Origin: Balanoglossus misakiensis
Lineage: Eukaryota > Animalia > Hemichordata
Direction: 5' to 3'
Length of the DNA: 64,000 bases
Assembly: GCA_040954595.2 (NCBI GenBank)
Contig: CM082577.2
Coordinates: 9,015,846-9,079,845, forward strand
Of the stretch, positions 25,201 to 37,927 are shown piece after piece. Position numbers and translations under genes: made by a program. The stretch's first letter is position 1. The number at the start of each line of letters is the position of its first letter. A model generated the notes under the pieces. It did no database searches. It saw only the letters and a list, made by a program, of their open reading frames with translations, and was not told where the DNA came from.

Positions 25201-27966
25201 TATCGAGTCCGGGAGTTACATCCAGCAGGGACTGAAAATAATGCAATTGCGCAAGGTATTAAAAGTGCAGTTTGTTTATGTGTTACGTTGTTGACTTGTG
25301 CTACGTATCTCGTACGTTAATTTGCTGACTTGAACCAACACTTTCTTACTTAAATAACTTACCAATGCGCGATTTACACATGTCATGAGTTTGTTGAAAC
25401 TTATATGCCACTTTATATCCATGTTAAAAATCTTACCGTTGCGTGCAGGTAAGGTCCCCATGTGTTTACGGAATCTGAAACGATATATCGTCCAAGATAG
25501 TGAAAGTGAGGGAAATTGCGACTGGTTCGATGGTTGATTCATGGTATCAAATATGGACGATTCCTGAATTAAATCACGGATTTGAAACAACGTACCAATG
25601 GGTGAAATCCACGAATCGCCGAGAGCACATCCTCTGAAAGCACTGTTCAGCTTCTTCGACTGGATTGCCTGCACATTATAAATGTTATGTTGATTTTAGG
25701 CTAGGCACCTGTTCAGTGTATAATGCATTTTTCGGATGGGTTTCTGACGTACATGTACATGTATATATTACTTGTATTGTCACAGCAAGATAATTTGTTT
25801 AAGACAAAATTTGTTTTTAAAATATCCGAGAAGTTGCGCAGACAAATCCCCATAATTGTGTCATCTCACAAAAACGATACACGAACTGTCAAACTGACAT
25901 GGCGTATCAATTTAGGCAGCATTCTTACCTTGTGTAACTCTAGACTGAAAGCCGCGGTCATTTTGCCACCGTAGGACTCACTGAAAATATACAGCGGCAC
26001 TGTCTGTATGGGAAAAAACAACCGTTTTTTTTAAGTGCACGATATTATTTCTTCACTCTCGTAGATTTTTTGCAATGTTAAGCAGGCGTCTACTCTTCAA
26101 TAGCGAGTACAACAACATCATGACATGTAGTGACTAGATTGCAGCTGAAATCATATAAGAATAACGTGAAAGGGCGCCACCACCGACGCTTAAAACTAAC
26201 CTGGAATTCGGTGTGCTTGGACAGAAAAGCTGTCAACAAGGAGACAAGATCGACAGCTATGCCATGTACATCCTTGGTCATCAGGTCAACATTGTCCACG
26301 TAACTGTATCCGGTACCGACTGGGTTGTCAATGAACAACAGGTTCACTTTCGACAGCTGTGTGAGATACCAATGGCAATGGTCAACTTCAGTTCAGCGGT
26401 AGCCTTCTAGCGTGTTCTCGCGTGGTCTTTCGTTTACGAGTGGGAATTTGTGCCGAGATCCGTGGGATTTGCGGCATATTGAGGCCTAACTAGCACATTT
26501 ATCAATTTTCCAGTCTTTTCCTGCGTTCAGCTACATGTACTATCGAACGTGAGCGCTAGCCCTGAATATTCGTGTACAAGCGAAAGGCAAGATAGAACTG
26601 GGGAAAACTTTACCCAAGTTGTGTTCCGCGGATTCATATTGACGTCCAATGGACCAATCTCTTGAAAGTTACCAAAACCCGTTGAGGAGCCACCTGGTCC
26701 ACCCTTGTAACAGAAAATAAAACAAAATAAAGCAAAGCAAAAATAAAACAACAATTTATAGTAGCACACGCATTATAGAGATCAGATTTACAACGATTGG
26801 CAAAATAAACGGACTCGTCAAAAGTGTTTCTGAAGTTCGAAACACGATCAGGATCCAGACGGAAGGAAATTCACTGGACTATATACCTGTAGCCATATGA
26901 CAAGTGGTTGGGAGAGATACGGCTGCTTGGTCGACTCGTAAAGCCACCAGAACATGTGAGCCCCGGGTCTGACATCGACGTATCCCCAGTCCTGTTTCGG
27001 GTCATGCATTCCTACAGGTGTCAATGTAATAGACAGGTAGCTTACATGTATGTGAATGTTATGAACGACCCACCTACGAGATTCAGAAAAGGGATCGTAT
27101 GAAATGATGTTATATGACAGATTTCCAGCCAGTTTCAGAATCCTCAAGCAGAGTGTGATTTGCCTAATTATAAGGACAAATGTTTCTGATATATTGGAAG
27201 TGAATATAAGATGAAACTGCACATGTTTCCGCTGGTTTACTTTGAATGGAAGTCACAGGAAATGGTGATTAAAGTGAAAAATGTCCTTCAGCTGGTTTAA
27301 GTACATTTAAGTACCTGTTACGCCCCTAAATTCACAACGACTGCACATTTCGAATCTGGCAGTCTCAACGTCAACATAGGACCATTTTTGACACAGTAAC
27401 CAAAGGCACGCATAAAAACGGGAAACAAGGAAAAGACGGAACGTTGCCATCACGGAAAACGAGTTTTTTTAAAAAGACAAAAATGTTCGGGTAATGGCCG
27501 ACCCCAGGTCCGATGGTCGAGTCTTTTAGGCCAGTAATATCGGCCGGGTACTGTTGTGAGGACCATATACATATGGTTAGACAGGCACGTTTGTGACATT
27601 GCAATTACGCAACTGTGTTTAATTGGAATACTATTAATAATACAACAAACTGTACGAAGAAAACATGGCGAGGAAGTACAGCGATACTAGTACTTTAGTG
27701 CACAGTCCCCAAAACAGACTGTTTAATAGTGTTACGGACCAGGTATATATCGTTTTTTATAATATTCATGAAGTATACGCCCGCCATTTTCAAGCATTTT
27801 TACGGAAGGAACTTTAATACTATAAACGCAGTCGGTATAGGAGTCTCAATATATCTATGAACCCACCTCGTTCTCTTACATGACCTTCAACGGGATGGAC
27901 ATATATGTCAGATATGCAGAAAATCACCAAAAGCAGTGTCAGTGGTACTTTCCAACTGGTAGCCAT
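22253..27966 (-). CDS. SCPEP1: Retinoid-inducible serine carboxypeptidase (peptidase S10)
   Basis: Fourteen exons: 27867-27966 (signal), 26887-27011 (WGYVDVRPGAHMFWWLY..WLQ), 26614-26703 (GGPGGSSTGFGNFQEIGP), 26201-26356 (LLFIDNPVGTGYSY), 25929-26003 (SESYGGK, catalytic Ser), 25596-25668 (ALGDSWISP), 25437-25474, 25100-25231, 24417-24510, 24052-24162 (GC donor), 23730-23792 (DFMKPV), 23396-23473 (YNGQLDLIV, catalytic Asp), 22716-22879 (WILKAGHM, catalytic His) and 22253-22315. Confidence 0.96.
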
Positions 27967-30875
27967 TGTCCCAGAAATAACTTTACACCGACGTAGAAAT
28001 AGAGTTCCTGCTGCACTTTCTCACTGATCGTATATGCCACCGGCCGACCCACGTCTTGTGACTTCCGTGCAAATGATCAGGTGACCACAGAACATGTCCA
28101 TATGACATATGACATGCATGTAACGGTATGCATGATCGAATGACCTGTAACACGTCAATGACTGAAAACCGACCTTTGAACGAATTGCCATGCTGTCCCC
28201 GTACCTTTGCACAATTCCAAATGAAGTTCGCTATAAATGTTTAATATCTCAAATTCTCGTTTGTATGTTATTGGCGAGAAACTTGATATGTGTTCTCTCT
28301 CAATTCAAATCACAAACCCTCCATCACGATAGACCCGTGTTCAAATTTGAGGAAACACTCATTTCAGGTGTATAAATGGCAATCTCTACCAGCAAGTATG
28401 TGTTTTGTTATAGCGTAGATCATCATGTATGTCAATCAGCATTCTAAAGACAGATCCGAAATTGAATTCTTTTGTCAGCAGACCGTTTCCCCTTTAATCG
28501 GGAAGAACTCCCGGGAAAAAACCCTCCAGAATGACTGGAATCGGAGTATAAGGGGTAAACCAACATAGAGGGCGTAGTGTCATGGCCAAGAAATGAGATT
28601 CGCTGGGATTTTGGCTAAGCCAGAAGAGAAGTGTTCGATCGGACAGTTGGAGAAACAATTGAAAGAAAGTTCGCTCTTTTGACAAGGCTGTCATTTCCAT
28701 CACCTGGTGTTGTTCACAGACTAGTTTATAATAATATGACCATACTAGCTGTGAAAAACAATCTGTATTCTATAAAACGATGCTAATACTAAAAGCGTTT
28801 TATCGTCAATACTCGTAGGCAATTGGCATATATACCAGGTCGAACCTATTAACTTTCAAAAAGGACCATTGCCGTCTCTATCAAGGGTTAAACTTAAACG
28901 AATTACTGTGACAGTATATGTAACATCGGGATGTAGGCTTCAAACGAGAGAGACGTAAATATTTTGCACAAATGTCCATTTTTTCGCTAAAGAAGGGATA
29001 TTGTCAGAATGGAATATCATGTGAAGCATTTTGCATACGGAGCAGATCAGTGGCGGTATTTTTGGTGTAGAATTCAGGAAAGATGTTATTTTTACGGATG
29101 AGTACAGTGACTGGTGGATAATATAATAATAGTGATGAAGAGAGCGAATAACGTGCCATAGTTTGAGTACAGAGTCGGGAAAAAGACAAAGAATCTGAAA
29201 CAGTATAGTACTAAACGGTTTTTCATACAAATTCTTCAATTTTGTAAAGATGGTGCCCATTAATGTAAATGCAATGGCAGTGTGAGTACAAGCATATTTT
29301 GGGGGCTACTTAATTTTAGGTTGAGCAAGCATATTGCAGTGCTTAATCTTGCTGAGCGCCTAAAGCACCCCCTAATATGACAAAAAAAATTAAGACCGAT
29401 TTTCAAGGGCCGTACTACCTTAACACATTCAAACTTTCTTTGAACATGGCTTTCAATTGCCAATGATTTGTTGATAAAATTCAGTGATATCATGAATTTT
29501 ATTTTGCTTTTGGACTCACTGAAAAGTCAGTCCAACACAGTTAATAGTTGAAAACCAGGTACTTGTATCATTAATCTGTTCATGATGAGAAGTGTCCGGA
29601 ATAACACATACTTAGAGACCACATGACAAAGCCAATCTTTGATTCTGATCCATTTCACTTTAATTCAACTACACGCATCAGTAAACTAAATACATCCGCA
29701 ATAAATAACTGTACAACTTGTTCACAACTAGTAAAAACACCCACCCTACTTTTGCCCTGACTTTGGAATACACCCTAAGTTAGGTAACTAAAACAGAGAA
29801 ATATCTCTCACATTCTGTGCAAAAGTGTGGGTTTTTATATCGTACTGTGTCTGGCAGACTCAAACGGGTATAATTCCCATCTTCTAAATTTGTATTAATA
29901 CTTTCCATTGATTATATACACACAAATCAACTTAATATGGGTTTGTCATGTTTTCAAACTCGTAATGTACCTCATACATGTACATGTCAAAGCACACACA
30001 TAAACTAACATAGTACAGTGTACTACATTTCACTCGTATACAAATATGCATGATGCATTTCGACATGCATGACCCTTCACACACGCACACACTCTCACAC
30101 ACACACACCTGCAAACGGTGGACTCAATATTAACTTTCAATCACAAATACATAATTCACATCAAGTAAGTCCTGCCACTGTTCGAGTCCTACATGAAAAC
30201 TTGTAACGTCACACTCCATAATAAATATTTCTCACAATTGCACAAAACGTCAGGACCGGGGCAGTCTTTGAGAGGGAAAATGTTTGGAAACGACCTTGAC
30301 ATTGCCACTGAAAAGTACACCCTTATATGTGTAAGTATCCACTGTGATCTATACTCAGCATTTTCAGACCCACCAAGAACCATATGGCAAGAGAAGTTAC
30401 TGTAAATAGAGTTTGCATAACCTGCATGTACAGTCGTTTGAACTTCCAAGAATATTAAAAGTAATGACAATATCAGGCATACACCTGTACATATTACTGT
30501 AAAGTGTCTTTGGGCAAGGGTTTGGTTAAAGCTTACAGGTACATGGAACTTCTATGGCTCAATGTGCAAGCCTTCTGCATACAGGCTTTTCATGAGGCCC
30601 CAACTGAAAATCCGTGATTTGCCGGTTCTCCTGCAACGCTGCCAGATTCACAGAGAGGTGTCCGTGTGCTTCTGCGACCTTGTCAAGGACGTGTACCCTG
30701 CATCAATGGCTTAAAATTACTGTTTTATACGTCAGATGTCTTCGGACGAGACACATCACTGTAGACTATACACCTACGTAGGATATTCTAGAGGGTTAAT
30801 TGCTATATGTACTTGTACAACGGAACATGATCTCCATTTTTTTTCTAAAAATCGGACTTGGCATGAGAGCCTTCA

Positions 30876-33800
30876 CTAGTCTGTGGAGATAATGTTCCCT
30901 TCTGCTGGTCCTTGCTGCGTTGTTACCTCTTCGTCCTCCTCCTCCTCTTCATCATCATCGTCGTCGTGGTCGTTGAATTCGCTCGACTTGTCGTAGTTGA
31001 ACGTCGTTCGGAGCAGGTCCACCTCGATGGGGAAAACGTCGGTGTCTTTCATTTGCTTGTGACAGTCTTCGTGGTAGTTGGACATGGCCGAGACGAACCG
31101 CTGCAGCTGGAATACGATGTCTTGCACTGGGAAGAGCAGGAGGAAAGTTCGAAAACGATGATTAGTGGACATGATATGGACTGAAGCTTTTTCTGCATGT
31201 TATAACTTGATTTTCATCTTATCCAGTCTCATGTGCATACTGCACAATGCGTTAATAATGTCTACCACCAAAGACAACAAACGACTCACCATGTTTTTGG
31301 TCCAACAGTTCCAACTTTACGAGCACGTCGGACCTCATCTTGGCAAAGCGCTGCCTGGCGTCTTGTCGACATCTCAAGACGAGCCTTGGTTTGTGGGGGA
31401 AACAATGGCAGAAAATTAGATTTCTGTGTGTACTGTCATGAGACAAAACCCCCAGAGTCACACATTGGTAGAGTTTATTCTTTATGGAATTTAACATATA
31501 ACTACATGTACCATACAAGTCCATAGAGTCTAGAGAGTAGCATATGGCAGTCCTTGGGATGTGGCTGAACTTTTTGAGTATTGGGAAAGTTCCAACACAA
31601 CGAGACACTTAGGTAAATACAACACATTTTCTTGGAAATATAATTTGGTAAAACACTGAAACACTGAGAAAACAGACAGGTGGTGTTTTATTTTTACCCT
31701 CTGTAGAGACTTACCTGTATTCATAGTTGCCAGTTTCTACTCTATACAACGGTTCTCCTAAAGCTGCATATGCGTATTCCTCGTCGTCCATCTCCTTCAC
31801 TTTTAAACAGTAAGACTGGACAAAATGGAGAAAGACACGGGTTAACGTAATCTAAAAGGTGCACTTTGTATCTCAGGCTGTTAATTCTTTAATTTCACCA
31901 AAATTTGAAATGTTGCCATTCCACAGGGATTGTGGAGTGATATCGTCTACCGTGATATGCAGACAACATGCTACGAAAACAGAGAGATAGTCCATTAAAA
32001 CTGGAGGAGGGGCAGGTGGGGACACCCTTCCAAATCATTTAATACAGAATCATGATAAATTTATCTCCTTTACAAAATGCAAACATAAAAAATATTGAAT
32101 CGCCCATGCAATTTCCAATTTCTAAAATTGCAGATTACTTACTAAGTATTCAAATTTGGCATCTAAGTATTTTTTAATGGTTAACTTCGTATCCGGTACA
32201 GCTTTGTTAAGATATGTACTTAAGTCACTAAGCATCTGAAAAGGAATGAAAACATGCATGATATTTAGTTGAATGTATTCAGTCTGGTGGATATCAGTCA
32301 GAAATTATAGAAATAGTGAATAGAGTATATCGACCTCTCTGTCTTTTGTACAATATAATTTATAGAAGCCAGTTAATAATTACAATAACCAAAATTTTTA
32401 ACAAATATCAGGAAACTAAAACAGAGCACACCAAATGGGTATGGCCAGAATGATTTTAAAATGCGCTCTGATTACTGGGGAGCAATGAGGTACATGCCCT
32501 TAAAAACATGACGGTGCAGGTACGAACAAATCACAGGCCACAAAACACACAGCAATGAGTGACTTTTGTATTCATTTGCACTGTAAACAGACATTGATGT
32601 ATGCGGTTTTGGGCTGTCTGGTTCTCAGTTCTCAATTCCACTGTTTCAACTAAACGCATGAGGGCTGTTTATTTGTAGTCTGTCATCGAGGTACCAGTCG
32701 CAGTATCAAGATTCGAGTCTCGACGGCAGTTTTGAAAGAATGAATAACATGTACGCAGACTGATGGATCACAGCCCTGTTTGCAAGAATAATAATGTGTG
32801 TACATGTACTTACAGGTTTCACTGTTTTCAGCATGCGTATACCATACTTTTCAATATTCCTGTGTGCTTCTCCAAACTGCATGAAGGCCTCACTGGCCTT
32901 GGACTGTGTCTCCCTGGCTCCAATCACAGAAAAAACATCACCAAATGCTACAAAAAAATAAATAAATTAGGTGTCAATTAGGTAGCTCTACCAATGGTTT
33001 ATTTTTGCCTAAAATATTCAGGATTTGCCACAATATTTACTTTTCAAATTTCAAAAAGTTTAATCACAATACTTTATATTGTCTCAACAACCAACCACAT
33101 GAAAATTTCAAGTTAGGCAGCACCTACAAGTACATAACACAGGTTTGAAGAAGAATACTGGCTGGGCACATTATTTGTATTATTTTGATACCACGCACAT
33201 TTGTGTGTTTGTGATAAATCGTAAAAACTCCTCAGCAACTTCTTGGAATGTTCCATCATTCCTTTGTAGAGATCGCTGGTCTTTTCCAGTTCTTCAAGTT
33301 TCTTGACTAGACTATCTGGATTTGTGATACAAACACAAAATCGAGTCAGGAAAGCAATTATAAGACATCAGACTGTACGAAAAACACTGGTACGTTTCCG
33401 ACAACGCATTTAAAACAAAATAGCATCATAGCGAGCATCATGAACTGATGAAGGCATCAAAAACAAATACAGTCAAAGCTGTCTATAGCGGCCAGTCAAG
33501 GGACTTCCTAAATTGGCTTTTATATACAGGCATGTAATTTACATAGACAGGTTTATTAATGTATGGAGTGGATACTATATAGTGGCCCTAACACAGGCTT
33601 GACGGTAGTACAATATTGCATGCAAAATTAACACACGCCCTTTCACCCCCATTTGCAAATGCCTGGGTCCAACAATACACTTAGGAACAATGGGTGTGAA
33701 CCAAATGGCAGTGATGAACGGGTGAAACTAATCGCAAAAGTTACTCACCGTTACAAAGAATAGCTCGGCTAAGACCCAGGGCATCGGCCGTGGAGGAACT

Positions 33801-36800
33801 GATGTTTTCCACCATCCTGTGTTTCATTTTTTTCAGTATGAGGTCCAAGGTTTTGCCGTGCTTGGGATCGGCGTGTAATTTGTTGTAATTAATGGTCACT
33901 TCGCCCTGCAAGACAAGACACGCAAAAAAAGAAATAGAATTAGCAACCACTGGGAAGATAAAAAGAAGTGCCTTTCTCACGTGCCGTCAACGCCGCCCCA
34001 GCGGCGGCCCTAGGGCGGCGTTAATTTGTAAGTGCCACGTGTGAAAAGGTGAGAGCGGCCCTGCGCCGGTCTTTTTCTGGGACGGTGTTGAGGGGTGGGA
34101 CCTGGGTCGGGGCGCCGCACTAAACAGCGATTCAAATCACGTGTGAACAGAAACACCGCACTAAACGCCGATCTAAACGCACTCTGCCGATGCGGTTTGT
34201 CTCATTAAGCATTGTCTGCATTAAGCGTTGAGGTTCACTTTACTAAAACAATGGCCGAAGCAGGCAACAATTGGAGTGACGCGGAAATGGCCAAGGCACA
34301 TACACAGGAATTGCAAACTCGACCTCCGACGACGATTTTGTAGCATGGACTGCAGTCTTCCAATCGCAACCTCCAATGAAAGGTTACCATAAACAGGTAT
34401 CGGGTCATTCAAATGCCCATGAAATCGGCGTCGACGACGTTTAAAAAGCAAATTCAAGAGTACCATATACAGTAAACACATCACTGGATCCGCCATTGTG
34501 ACCTTTTTGCCACGCTGCTGTGGACGCGCGTAGAGGGAGATGACCCCGTCCCTTTTATACACATGTGAATGCAAAACAATTTGAGTCGCTGATAAAAAAT
34601 GTTTACCAACTTTTATAATCCCAAAAAGGACGCCCTAACCATGGCACGTGTGCAAGCGGCTAGAGTGAAGAATTTGGAGTATGTTTGTCATAGGATTATT
34701 GAATGATTTGTTCATATATTTGTACAGAATCTCTTAATCCTATGTTTGGATTGGGGTTAAAGAATCTTGGTATGGTTCAATCTCTCAGAATCTCTCTCTG
34801 ACGTAAGCTACGGTAAATTAGAAATATGTAATGCCGGGTGCATTGATTTCCTACGTCTTGGCAACTCGAGTGCGTGGAACCTATCATGGCTACATGTAAG
34901 AGATATGTACAGGTACCTGTATTATCAACTGCATAATCCTATGTGTCAACAATAGCAATACAAAAGATATGATGTGACAGAATGACAGAGTAATACAAAA
35001 AAAAATAACAGTAAAAAAAATTGCAGCTAGCATCTCTTCGCTAGCTTCGTGAGTGAACTTACTACCTTTACTGCTTGGATGGCCCTGGCCACTTCCACCT
35101 TCGTCCTGCCCCGCAGAGATTTGCCGTTGACGCCGATGATCTCGTCGCCCGCCGCCAAGGTGCCATCTTTGGAAGCCGGGGTGTTGTCAAACACCTGCAC
35201 CACGTAGAGGCACGGGCAGAGCGGTGCTCCACCGCCTATACTGATGCCGATCAGGTTTTGACTGTCTTTCTGTAGTTTGACGCTACCGGAGGTAACTGTC
35301 ATTCCCCTAGAGAGAAAGAAAAAAAGCTGAGATTTAGCAAAGGTCTGACAAATTGTTTTGTCTTGTTACCCGATGGGGATACTGTAAAACGGGAAAATTT
35401 CGTAACATGAAATTTTCGCGATATCAACAGTGGCGACTATTCCCCGGCGATTAATTTTCGCGTTCTCTTTATCTCTGAACAACATTCTGTTGAACATATT
35501 AACTATTTATTATCGCGTTTTTTCTGGCTCTCGCGAAGTTTGCGTAATTTAACATTCCCGAAAATATCCCCGTTTTACAGTACATGTATATAAACCCCAA
35601 GGACAGGATCAGGTGGCCACCACCCCTGGCCCTGGATAAAGGAGAGACAGTGAGGTGTGCCTTACTCAAAGGCAAAACACAGATTTGCTGTGGATATCGA
35701 ACTCGCCATCCCGATAGTGCGCCAATGCACCAATGAGTGTCATCTTCATCACAAGACTGAAAATTTTTTTTGTCAAAATGAAACACATTGTGCACATCCT
35801 TGAGAGAAAACCCTATACCGATTCACCTCATGCAATTCATACTCTACTTGAATAAAAATTCATCAATCTATATTCAATAGCGTATTGTTGTTACAAAGTG
35901 AGCGATGAACATATGTACTGTTTCACAATGAGCGATGAATACACTGTTTCACAACAGACAACCAACATATGAATAATTTGTGCTCATAATAGATTTGAAG
36001 CACAGATGTGCATCTTAATCAGATGCATTGGGGGCTTTGTTAATCACACTGAAACCAGTAACCGCCGTTTTACTCCAGAGTAAGCCCCATGACTTTCACT
36101 GTCTGTGGTTTGTTGATTCATGAGACAAGTTGCTGATAAATGGCTATGGCCACGATACACGCCCTGTTGACATTTGCCACACAATGCTCTTTTGGAGTGA
36201 CACAGGAAACTGTAAACAACACACAACCAGCAACATCTACTGAGACAAAGTCATCAAAAGTTCTTTGATGCAAGGCTTTGTGTGATAATTCATTCTTCCG
36301 GTTCAAAGTACTAATCACTACATGGGGGTATGGTTGAAAGACTATTCATGGTTCGGATCCTACATGTTCCTGCAGCTCAAAGTACCAGTCACTGCATAGG
36401 GGCAAGCGAATGTCCAATTGAGTGGTCCAGTATACAATGGTAAAAGACTGACTCATTAGACATCTGTACTTTTATTCTAGTAAAACCATATTTCAATCAA
36501 AACCTGTATAAATGAGTATATCCTGCCTACATATCTTCCCAAAATTGTTCATCTCGGAAAATGAACGAAATAATGTGAAGACTTATTAACAACTGGAGTT
36601 GATGGGAAATATGGGGTTCTTCATCCTCAAAAGAAGAGGTGGAGGGTCATCCTCATCATCACACAATAATTAATGTTCCTACCCTTCAGCCTACTTTACG
36701 ACAACCACTGTACAACAAGTGACCAGTGTTTTACAACATGATACCATGAATAGCTAATGGCAATGATATAATACATATGTACTGGTATATGACGAAGCGT

Positions 36801-37119
36801 CTGGTTGAATCACCAATTTTAAAGACCGATTATGGTCTGCGGTTTACTACACTGTAACAAATACCTACATGGTATCCTGATAAGCGTCCCATTCATGGTC
36901 AACGCATGCTGGATAATGTCTCAACGGGTCGCGGCTATCTTTGAGCGGACGGGACTCATTTCGCGTCGGTGTGTGGTCCTGCGGGGTTTGGTGACGGGTA
37001 GGGGCGTGGGGGAGGGGTCGCTGCGACCGTTCCCGATCCCGCGATGGTGGTGGAGTTACCGGACGATCGAGTTCCTGCAAAAGTTCCATCTCTTCTTCGT
37101 TTAATCCGTGTAGATCCAT
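30876..37119 (-). CDS. PICK1: PRKCA-binding protein PICK1 (PDZ + BAR/AH + acidic tail)
   Basis: Exons 36869-37119 (long N-terminus; less certain), 35066-35306 (PDZ: KDSQNLIGISIGGGAPLCPCLYVVQVFDNTPA), 33749-33905, 33199-33315, 32814-32947, 32143-32235, 31715-31815 (SYCLKVKEMDDEE..YRVETGNYEY), 31290-31384 (LRCRQDARQRFAKMRSDVLVKLELLDQKH) and 30876-31125 (VFPIEVDL, poly-D/E). Confidence 0.97.
33468..33607. mobile_element. MITE family A copy 2
   Basis: TA-CAGTCAAAGC...GGCTTGACGG-TA. Internal TATAGCGGCCAGTCAAGGGACTT is shared with 939-1124. Confidence 0.65.
33967..34661. mobile_element. Internally deleted PIF/Harbinger-like DNA transposon in a PICK1 intron
   Basis: Imperfect 19-bp TIRs (AGTGCCTTTCTCACGTGCC versus reverse-complement AGCCGCTTGCACACGTGCC, 14/19 identical), AGA 3-bp flanks on both sides, GC-rich subterminal repeats (CACGTG, CCGCACTAAAC) and two convergent vestigial ORF starts. 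Confidence 0.6.
35380..35582. mobile_element. MITE family B copy 2
   Basis: TACTGTAAAACGGG...CCCGTTTTACAGTA; internal GAAATTTTCGCGATATC and TGGCTCTCGCG are shared with 10124-10336. Confidence 0.8.
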
Positions 37120-37927
37120 ATTTTGTCCCGTTTACTGTTTGCAACACAGTAACTCCAAGAAATCATGCGATGAGAGTGGGCACGGCCACGTTGTCGATTT
37201 CGTCACTGGCGTAGTTACGTGGGATGGTTCGGTGTACGTAAAAAAATAATATTCCCAATGAAAAGTCGCCCGCGATATTACAACTGATCTGTTTACTCTA
37301 GCCTCTAGGTTTTCCGGTTACACGTCGATCGGTTGATCAGCGCGTAGTGTGAAGAACACAACGAAGTCGAGACTGATATGTGAGGGTAGGGGCCAACTGT
37401 GCATATCGTAATTAATGGTACATTCACTTGCAAATTCTAATTTTAATATCAAAATATGCAATACCCACGTTTGTAGACAATCTAAAAATAACACTGCCGA
37501 GTGTGAATTAATATATGCGGTGTTGGGATCAGTGTAAGTCGCCCATGGCGACCACTTTTGGCACATGGGTGTATTTACTGAACCAATTATACTTACAACT
37601 TGTCTTCTTCTAGCTCGTAATCCATCATATTGGCGGAATAAATAAGTACATATGTTATGATTTTTTACAAATTTGGGGCTTCCACGATAACGTTGCAAAT
37701 CATCCACCGCGCAAGCGCAGTTATGAATTGTGGGTAGATTGCAAAGGTCAGGGGTCAAGACTCTCGGTTCATTCATCATTCATCCATCGGTTTGTCATGC
37801 AGATTCCGCCTCGTCTCTCCAACTTCCCCTCCTCCGCCGAGACCGGACGTGGCAATTCCTTGTGAGAGCGATCGGGGGTGAAAAATCATACGTCGAGTTG
37901 ACAGCGAAAGGACACGGACGCGTCAAA

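Noticed and set aside
28900-29425. Probable interspersed repeat ending ..CGTACTACCTTAA
   Set aside because: I found no matching left terminus or second copy in the window, so it cannot be delimited.
36528-36590. Possible alternative PICK1 exon ending ..DEQFWED-AT|gtaggc
   Set aside because: It has an in-frame upstream stop, no ATG and a weak acceptor; unsupported without transcripts.
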